Of a DNA stretch of 64,000 bases, positions 19,996 to 26,941 are shown one piece after another. The stretch is from IMG/VR virus record IMGVR_UViG_3300022074_000025, positions 6,490-70,489 of that record, one strand, 5' to 3'. Made by a program: the position numbers and the translations under genes. The notes beneath the pieces are model-generated. The model worked only from the letters and a program-made list of their open reading frames with translations. It had not been told where the DNA came from and did no database searches. Numbering within the stretch: position 1 is the first letter of the stretch; each line of letters starts with the position of its first letter. Source of the stretch: a virus.

Positions 19996-20844
19996 ATGAC
20001 AGCGAATCCCTTAATTGCGGCATATAAAAAGCCCGCATTATACGTTGCCTTACCCAGTAAGGGTAAATGGTACGATCCTAAACCAAAATTAAGTGTAGAT
20101 GGCGAACTTGCTGTGTATGCTATGAGTGCAAGAGATGAATTAATTACTAAAACACCTGATGCACTGTTTAATGGCGAGGCTACAGTGGCACTAATTGAAA
20201 GTTGTTGCCCTGATATTCCTGAGCCAAGACAGATGCCAGTGAATGATCTATTAGTTGTATTATTGGCTATTAGACAAGCAAGTTATGGTAATGAACTATC
20301 AATTGACATTAAATGTACAAATGAAGAGTGTAGACATGTTAATCAGATGGCAGTAGACGGTAACATACTGTTAAGCCGTGTACAGGATAACAAGCACGAA
20401 ACATTAATTAAACTTGAAAATGGTTTTGGATTAGAACTTACTCCGTACACTATCGAAGATAGGACTAGATTACAGATACAGCAGGTAAAACAACAGGCTA
20501 TTGTACAACAATTAATTAATGCTGAAGCATCAGGCGAAGAAGACTTACAGGAACAATTTGGTAAAACATTTGTGGAAGTTGCAGAGCTAAGTGTTGAGCT
20601 AGTTGCACGTTGTATTAGCACAGTTCATTTACCTGATAAAGATTCAGATCCTATTACAGAATACCAAGATATTTACGATTGGTTAAAAATTATCACAAAG
20701 AAAGACTATGATCAAATACGTGAGCGTGTTGAACAACTTAGTGAAAACAACATTGACACCATAATGGATGCCCAATGTGCAGAATGTGGTAAGCCTTTTA
20801 AAACTAATATTGAGTTAGATATCGCGGGTTTTTTCGCAGGTTGA
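19996..20844 (+). CDS. Baseplate hub/tail assembly protein (T4 gp26-like); start likely ATG 19996
   Basis: NPL...LPSKGKWY, MSARDE, LLAIRQASYG and two Cys pairs (CTNEEC, CAEC); GGAGA SD before MTANPL. Confidence 0.75.
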   Translation: MTANPLIAAYKKPALYVALPSKGKWYDPKPKLSVDGELAVYAMSARDELITKTPDALFNGEATVALIESCCPDIPEPRQMPVNDLLVVLLAIRQASYGNELSIDIKCTNEECRHVNQMAVDGNILLSRVQDNKHETLIKLENGFGLELTPYTIEDRTRLQIQQVKQQAIVQQLINAEASGEEDLQEQFGKTFVEVAELSVELVARCISTVHLPDKDSDPITEYQDIYDWLKIITKKDYDQIRERVEQLSENNIDTIMDAQCAECGKPFKTNIELDIAGFFAG

Positions 20845-21080
20845 TAGCCACTAGTCAGCCGACGGAGATTAAACAAATTGTTGAACGTTATGATTTAGAA
20901 CGTGAGGGCATTGAAGCAAACCTATTAGATTTAGTTTTGTATAGTGGAGGTGCTACTACATGGACAGAGCTTATGTGCATGCCAATTTCCTCTGTCAGAT
21001 TGATGACTGAAAGAATGAATAAAAAGACTGAAGAAGCAAACATGGCACAACAAAAGGCTAGGGCTTCTCGAGGCCGGTAA
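20841..21080 (+). CDS. gp51-like small protein, possibly expressed as a -1 frameshift extension of the gp26-like gene
   Basis: TWTELMCMP motif; TTG start without a clear SD; lies in the -1 frame behind a G GGT TTT TTC slippery run. Confidence 0.6.
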   Translation: MIATSQPTEIKQIVERYDLEREGIEANLLDLVLYSGGATTWTELMCMPISSVRLMTERMNKKTEEANMAQQKARASRGR

Positions 21081-21510
21081 TTAATTTGTAATATTCTGCA
21101 GGCCAGCTATTATAATAATTTGTGCTATGTAAATAATCACGCTTATCTAGAATGTCTTTTTTCAACTGTATAAAAATACAATTAGTAAAATTCCTAACAA
21201 AATGTCCTGACTTATTTGTGCTTGTAAAGAAGAACAGATCGGAAAATTCCTTCTGCATGTCCTCTGCTAAAGCCTCAAGATCGTAAGACAATTCACCATC
21301 ACCCATCCAAGCAATACCTATTTCATAACGTTCTCTATCAAACGTTCTAAGCATTTCCTTTTGATTTGAACGGGCATCAATGAACTGGATTAGATCCATC
21401 ATTCTTGCTCTACGTGCAAAGGGACATATAGGGAAACCGTCATCTTTCTTCGCTTCCACCTCTTTCTCTGTCCAGATCAGAAAGGTGCTTACGAATGTAT
21501 CGAAGTTCAT
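21058..21510 (-). CDS. Hypothetical protein with CPFAR motif (DUF1415-like)
   Basis: 150-aa ORF with ICPFARRAR; fills the gap, convergent with the gp51-like gene. Confidence 0.6.
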   Translation of the reverse strand: MNFDTFVSTFLIWTEKEVEAKKDDGFPICPFARRARMMDLIQFIDARSNQKEMLRTFDRERYEIGIAWMGDGELSYDLEALAEDMQKEFSDLFFFTSTNKSGHFVRNFTNCIFIQLKKDILDKRDYLHSTNYYNSWPAEYYKLITGLEKP

Positions 21511-21639
21511 AATATTTCTTTCAGTGTTATTAACAGATGTTCTTCAAACATCACATCTTCATATCACTTCGTGATATTCGATGTATATTTCGAATCGGTT
21601 AATATATCTATTGTGGTTATAGTTATTTATCGACTAATA

Positions 21640-21977
21640 TTATAACGGCTTTTTCGCCGAGTGTTTCATTCACACTTAGCCTGATACGGCCAAGTGTGAA
21701 AAATGAATACAAGGTTTTTCGCCTCGGAATCACCCACATTATCATAGTAAAACCTTATTATAGGGAGTCGCGGTTATGCGATACGACTTTACTCACTGCT
21801 GAACAACGCAGAAACATCCTTTGCCATGATAACGACTAAGGACTATCCGTGAGTTCCAATCTGTCAGGAGAGCTCACTCATTGTTTAAATTATGCACGCC
21901 AGAATCTGAACACAGGTGTCTGTGAACTCAAAGCGGATCGAGCCATCCCGATCAAACTGAGCATGTAGGGTTCTGTA
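21640..21977 (-). ncRNA. Candidate large structured non-coding RNA, ~330 nt
   Basis: No ORF, GC-richer than the flanking intergenic DNA, at least nine helices. Three helices contain G.U pairs that exist only on the minus-strand transcript. A pseudoknot is possible. Confidence 0.7.
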
Positions 21978-22403
21978 TTAGCCGTTAAGTTGTTGTTTGA
22001 TTATGCCTTTGCCGTGTACTTTTACTTGAATAATGCCATTGTAGTAGTCGTTTGATTCTAGTACTTTTCTTGAGAATTGTTCACGTGCCTCTAGGTAACT
22101 ACATTCTGATTTGGAGTTACAATAATATAATATTTCTCGGGTAAATTTGTCTGTGCCTAATTGTTCTACGTCTGTGTTTAATTCATCATTTGAGCCATAG
22201 TAAGTTTGCCAATCTGATTCTACTTTATATCGTCTTTTGTTTTTTCTGCCTTTGAGTGGTGGTCTTGATCTGCTAAATCTTGCCAGTTTTTTGCCTATGT
22301 ATTTTCTATCATTTGTAGTATTGGTTATTAAGTAGACAAAGCCTACACATTCTTCTGGGAGTTCCAATACTTCTTTGCCATTGTAAAGCCAATTATTCGC
22401 CAA
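21978..22403 (-). CDS. Minimal GIY-YIG family endonuclease, 141 aa
   Basis: GFVYLITN...KYIGKK, YYGS, FTREIL, LEAREQ and YYN motifs. Confidence 0.85.
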   Translation of the reverse strand: MANNWLYNGKEVLELPEECVGFVYLITNTTNDRKYIGKKLARFSRSRPPLKGRKNKRRYKVESDWQTYYGSNDELNTDVEQLGTDKFTREILYYCNSKSECSYLEAREQFSRKVLESNDYYNGIIQVKVHGKGIIKQQLNG

Positions 22404-22617
22404 AACTTCTTTTTAATTCCTGTATCATATCAATCCCTAACTCCTGTTTAACTTTCCTACTATCGTAGTCAGGAGTTTTTACAAACAAATCTTCCTCAGG
22501 CATGCTGAGTGTGATTGTGCTTGGAGCCATTGATACAGAAGGGATTGTAACTGTATCATATGTACCTAATGTAACATCATTTGTATTGATTGAGATGTAA
22601 TCGTCATCATCATGCAT
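22393..22617 (-). CDS. Hypothetical protein, 74 aa
   Basis: Overlaps both neighbours in an operon-like way. Confidence 0.5.
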   Translation of the reverse strand: MHDDDDYISINTNDVTLGTYDTVTIPSVSMAPSTITLSMPEEDLFVKTPDYDSRKVKQELGIDMIQELKRSFGE

Positions 22618-24379
22618 CTACTATCTCTACCTCTGTGTTAAACGTTGTAAAGCCGTTTTCTTTTGTAACCTGTAGTACACTATTAACACGACCAACAAGT
22701 TCATCACGATGAGAGATAAGCAGAATATTTTTATGTCTATCACGTTCCATCTTCTTCAATACACCTAACGCACTTTCAACGCCAATGGTATCCATACCAC
22801 TGTCAACTAGTTCGTCAATACATACAAGATTAATAGGATGATTCATACTTTCAAATACATCACGGAATGCCCAACTAAGTCCTAATATAAGTCTGTTGCG
22901 TTCACCACGTGATAAGTTGTCAAAATCTAAATCCTGTCCTAACTGTACAATACTAACTGTTAAGTCACTTTGGAACTGCACCTCATGTGGCAGTCCTAGT
23001 CTAGTTATATAGTACTCAAGACGTGTGTTTAAAAACTGTAGATTTTGTTCAATAATACGTCTACGAATAAAACTGTCTTTGCTGGTTAGTAGTTTTAACA
23101 AAAAGTCCTGATGATCTTTCAGTTCTGTTAATCTGTTAGCTTCTGTCCAGTCTATGTTTTGTAAGCCAGTTTCTTTTAAACTTTGTATTTGATCCTCGTA
23201 AGGATCATCTGCATTCTCTTTTTCTTGAATACTGCTTTCTAACGCTCCTAGTTTTGTTTGATGCTCGTATGCTTCACTTAATGTATCGTAGTGTAGTGTA
23301 GGGGCATCGCCCAATTCACCTAGTTCATTTAAGGCGCTCTTATATTCATTTAGCATTTCGCTCTCAGAAGCAAGATGCCTTACCGATTCTTCTACTAATT
23401 CTGTCTTTTGAGCAATCATTTTCTCATGTTGCTCGTCATGAATCTCTTGTCCACATGCATAACACTTATGATCTAGTGTAGTATCCAAGTCTGCTTGTGC
23501 TTTGTCTTTACGTTTTTGTTCACGTTGAATGCTTGTGTCTAGTCTAGCAATTTCACTATTAAGTGTTTCAATTTGTGTACGTTTGTTATTAAATTCTTCA
23601 AACAATGCATGTGCTTGTATTTCAGCATCAATATCTACTTGTTGTAGTGTAAGTAAGTCTGTCTGTAAGTCCTTGATATCATTGACTTTTTTATCAGCCC
23701 ATACTTTTTTACGTCTTTCCATATCTTTAATACTATTTGCAATGCGTTCATTTGCTTCCTCATTAGCACGGATACGGTGTGTTTCTTCTTGTATTGCGTC
23801 TTTTGTGTTACGTACACGCTCTTTAAGTATTTCAGCCTTTTCACTAAGTTGTGTAATACCCAGTAGTTGCTCAATCATATCCTTCTGATCGTTTGCCCTC
23901 ATACTTAGGAAAGGTTCTGTGTATGTATTAAGTGCAACAATATGTTTGAACATGTTGTGCGTCATACCAAGTATATTCTCAATTACTGCTTGGCTTTCTC
24001 TACCTTCACCCTGCATTTCATCTGTGTTTGCTTGATCAGTATTATTAACCATGAACTTAAACACATTGGGTTTACGTCCACGTTCAATTTTATATGCTAT
24101 ACCATCTTTCTCAAAGTCAACAGTAACCATCATTTGTTTGTTGTTGGTTTTGTTTACCAAGTTATCTTTACGAATATTATATAGTGCATTGCCATATAAC
24201 GCATAACTTAATGCGTTAATGATTGTTGTTTTTCCTGTGCCATTACGAGATCCATCACCACCCAGATCCATATTATTACCTAACACAAGTGTCAGTCCAG
24301 CATGATCAAATGTTACAGCCTGTGTAACATTACCCACACTCATAAAGTTTTTTACAGTGATATTTTTTATGTTTAGCAT
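22610..24379 (-). CDS. gp46: Recombination ATPase, Rad50/SbcC-like (T4 gp46)
   Basis: Walker A NGTGKTT, zinc hook CYAC, signature LSRGE, Walker B CIDE, ISH. Confidence 0.95.
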   Translation of the reverse strand: MLNIKNITVKNFMSVGNVTQAVTFDHAGLTLVLGNNMDLGGDGSRNGTGKTTIINALSYALYGNALYNIRKDNLVNKTNNKQMMVTVDFEKDGIAYKIERGRKPNVFKFMVNNTDQANTDEMQGEGRESQAVIENILGMTHNMFKHIVALNTYTEPFLSMRANDQKDMIEQLLGITQLSEKAEILKERVRNTKDAIQEETHRIRANEEANERIANSIKDMERRKKVWADKKVNDIKDLQTDLLTLQQVDIDAEIQAHALFEEFNNKRTQIETLNSEIARLDTSIQREQKRKDKAQADLDTTLDHKCYACGQEIHDEQHEKMIAQKTELVEESVRHLASESEMLNEYKSALNELGELGDAPTLHYDTLSEAYEHQTKLGALESSIQEKENADDPYEDQIQSLKETGLQNIDWTEANRLTELKDHQDFLLKLLTSKDSFIRRRIIEQNLQFLNTRLEYYITRLGLPHEVQFQSDLTVSIVQLGQDLDFDNLSRGERNRLILGLSWAFRDVFESMNHPINLVCIDELVDSGMDTIGVESALGVLKKMERDRHKNILLISHRDELVGRVNSVLQVTKENGFTTFNTEVEIVDA

Positions 24380-25398
24380 TATAGACTATTATATATTTCT
24401 ATTAGTTGGGAGTTTTTGATTGTAGGAGAATCAATTGCTTGTAGTTGGTTTAGTACAATTTGATCTACGTTTTCAACTTGTATATCATTATTTGTATTCC
24501 AATCTGTAGCATGTTCTTCTTTCTTTGCTGGCATGAGTGCAATCTCACGCAAGTCATACTGTTGTGCAAACGTTTCTTTAATATAGTTTGCTTCTTCATA
24601 TGTAATACCTACATCAAGTGTTACCCTACAGTGTGTTTTACTTGATAGTATTTTTTCAGGATTGTCAATAAGTTTACTTAAAGGTATTGTTCTATACTTT
24701 GGTGCATCTGGCCATTGTACAAATTCAGGTTGTCCTCCCCATTCTAAAAACATAAGACCACGTTCATCGTCCCATGCATCTGAGTAATTGTGTGGGAAGG
24801 CATTGCCTGTGTAAATGACGTTGCCATCTTGCTGTCGTTTGTGGAAGTGTCCGGAAAATACAAATTCTGGTTTTCTGAGATCATCAGCTTTTAGCCCATG
24901 TCCTAGATCAGGCATTTGTACCATTGCGTTCATATAGAACGAGGGGAGTTCAAAATGGCCAAACATGTATCGACATTCCACATGTTTTAATTTTTTCCAT
25001 TCATCATCAACTAACCACGGCACTATGGCAACGTCGTCTTTGACAAGTATATCATCTGTAACAACATGAATATTATCATATTCATCTGCCATTGGAATAC
25101 TATGGATCTCTCGCTTCTCACGATAATATAAATCGTGATTACCCATAATCATATATACTTCGTCAAAACTTTCACTCAACCGACGTAAGTTACTTACTGT
25201 ATAGTTGAGTGTAGATACATTGATTGTCGCCCTATGATGATGCCAATCTCCCATGAATATACACTTACGTATACCACGTTCATGGGCCTGGTTAATCATC
25301 CATATAATAAAATCTTCACAGTCTTTGTTATGAAAGCGACTATTATTCTTCATACCAAAGTGAATGTCTGTAAAGACCACTACTTTATCGAATAGCAA
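24379..25398 (-). CDS. gp47: Recombination nuclease, Mre11/SbcD-like (T4 gp47)
   Basis: DIHFG, GDW, GNHD, GHFE and SGHFH phosphoesterase motifs. Confidence 0.95.
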   Translation of the reverse strand: MLFDKVVVFTDIHFGMKNNSRFHNKDCEDFIIWMINQAHERGIRKCIFMGDWHHHRATINVSTLNYTVSNLRRLSESFDEVYMIMGNHDLYYREKREIHSIPMADEYDNIHVVTDDILVKDDVAIVPWLVDDEWKKLKHVECRYMFGHFELPSFYMNAMVQMPDLGHGLKADDLRKPEFVFSGHFHKRQQDGNVIYTGNAFPHNYSDAWDDERGLMFLEWGGQPEFVQWPDAPKYRTIPLSKLIDNPEKILSSKTHCRVTLDVGITYEEANYIKETFAQQYDLREIALMPAKKEEHATDWNTNNDIQVENVDQIVLNQLQAIDSPTIKNSQLIEIYNSL

Positions 25399-25401
25399 AT
25401 C

Positions 25402-26238
25402 TTATTCCTTATTTGGGTTTGTGGCTTGCCTTGCTTCCCACTCTGCATTAAATGTTCGTGTAAAACTAGGGTTAAGTCCTTCTTCTTCTAATAAGTCGTC
25501 TCTGATGTTTTGATTACGTTTTTCTAAATTGAGAACACGGGTAAAACTGTTATTAACAGCCGCCGTATAATATGCAAATGGGTTTTGACTCTTAGCTTCG
25601 TTAAATTGTAATCCAATTTGACTTAACTGAAGAATAGCCTGCCCACGCATCTCATCCACATACGTATATCCACGCCAGTTACCACGCATACTGTATCTAT
25701 GGCATAGCATTAGATACATTTTTGCTAACTTATCGTTTGTCTTACCATGTGTAACACAGAAATGACCATCTGTCAAGTCTCCTTTCCAGTGGCTCCGTAC
25801 TACTTCTTTCCAGTTATTACCAACAAGTGCATAATGCTTAAATGGTGGGAAGTTTACCTTTGTATGGTGATCTGCCTCGGTTTTGGGTGTGTTCTTCCTA
25901 TCTTCTCTAGGAATATGTTCATATGTATTGACTCTCATTACAAGTTCTTTTTCAGTAATTGTATTAGGGTCAATAGCAAATTCAGCGGCTCTTGGTTTAC
26001 GTTTTTTATCCCATAATCCCTTCTCCCACTGTAATACTGCTTCTTCATGTGCTAATTTTTGTAATCTTGATGCTCTATTCTGTTTTGCTTCTTCAATTCT
26101 ATCGTTTGTTATTTCTTCAACATTATCTAATATTAAATCATAAAAATAATAATTGTCATCATCACAGTAGCAATAGGTCATCTTAGACTTGTGTATTTCT
26201 AACAACATGTCTCTATTGTTTAGGTAATTTCTTGCCAT
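25402..26238 (-). CDS. gp55: Late-transcription sigma factor (T4 gp55 family)
   Basis: NYLNNRD N-terminus and NWRGYTYVDEM...FNEAKSQNPFAYYT...NSF; adjacent to gp47/gp46. Confidence 0.88.
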   Translation of the reverse strand: MARNYLNNRDMLLEIHKSKMTYCYCDDDNYYFYDLILDNVEEITNDRIEEAKQNRASRLQKLAHEEAVLQWEKGLWDKKRKPRAAEFAIDPNTITEKELVMRVNTYEHIPREDRKNTPKTEADHHTKVNFPPFKHYALVGNNWKEVVRSHWKGDLTDGHFCVTHGKTNDKLAKMYLMLCHRYSMRGNWRGYTYVDEMRGQAILQLSQIGLQFNEAKSQNPFAYYTAAVNNSFTRVLNLEKRNQNIRDDLLEEEGLNPSFTRTFNAEWEARQATNPNKE

Positions 26239-26264
26239 TGCTATTCCTTATCTGTACACCTTAC

Positions 26265-26293
26265 ATTGTATACGCTAAGTTATTGATTGTCAA
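26265..26293 (-). promoter_or_regulatory. Sigma70-type (early) promoter for the gp55-gp47-gp46 operon
   Basis: TTGACA-N17-TACAAT on the minus strand. Confidence 0.85.
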
Positions 26294-26307
26294 GCACTTT
26301 TCTTGAG

Positions 26308-26315
26308 TATAAATA
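26308..26315 (+). promoter_or_regulatory. T4-type late promoter TATAAATA
   Basis: Exact consensus, followed by AGGAGA SD and ATG 26333. Confidence 0.85.
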
Positions 26316-26332
26316 CAATATAGGAGAACGAA

Positions 26333-26941
26333 ATGCGATATTCCGATTTATTAACCGAAGCAACCACAAATCGTGTCACTGTTTTTTATGGTGGTAGATT
26401 TCAACCCATGCATAAAGGACATTTTGCATTATACCAGAGTTTAGCACAACGCTTTGGTGCTGACAATGTATTTATCGCCTCCACTTTTGGGCAAAAGCAA
26501 CAGGCTATGCATAAGTCTGGTGACTTTACTACTGATCCTTTTACGTTTGAAGAAAAGGCAAGTATTGCAAATGAAATGTTTGGTATTCCAACTGACAAGT
26601 TTGTAAACACACAACCTTATAGACCTGAACAGGTAAAAGTAGGGAGAAGTGATTCAGAATATGCATTAGTACTTGCATTTAGTGAAAAAGACGCAGGACG
26701 TCTTAAATCTGGAGGTGTACTTGCACCATTACCAGATGACACAAGCAAATTACAGACACCAGATGAGAATCGTGTATACTTTGTAACAATGCCAGTAAAT
26801 GAAGGTGGCATGAGTGCAACAGATTTTCGTCAAACAATGGCAAGTGAAAAACCTGAAGCAGAAAAGAAAAAAGTGTTCCAAGCGTTTTTTGGTCAAATGA
26901 ATGAACGTGTATTTAAGTTTATTGAAAATAGGTTAACATAA
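26333..26941 (+). CDS. Cytidylyltransferase-like (HxGH nucleotidyltransferase) protein
   Basis: GGRFQPMHKGH and MSATDFR motifs. Confidence 0.8.
   Translation: MRYSDLLTEATTNRVTVFYGGRFQPMHKGHFALYQSLAQRFGADNVFIASTFGQKQQAMHKSGDFTTDPFTFEEKASIANEMFGIPTDKFVNTQPYRPEQVKVGRSDSEYALVLAFSEKDAGRLKSGGVLAPLPDDTSKLQTPDENRVYFVTMPVNEGGMSATDFRQTMASEKPEAEKKKVFQAFFGQMNERVFKFIENRLT

Noticed and set aside
21733-21977. RNase P RNA or tmRNA identity for the structured element
   Set aside because: ACAGAACCC and GGAUAGUCC resemble RNase P conserved regions V and I but occur in the wrong order and do not pair to form P4. No tRNA-like ends or tag ORF were seen.
21640-22403. Group I intron carrying a GIY-YIG homing endonuclease
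   Set aside because: An S-like GGAUAGUCC (minus) and an R-like AACGACUA (plus) lie on opposite strands, no P7 could be built, and the flanking genes do not look like split exons. A cmscan with group I models would settle it.
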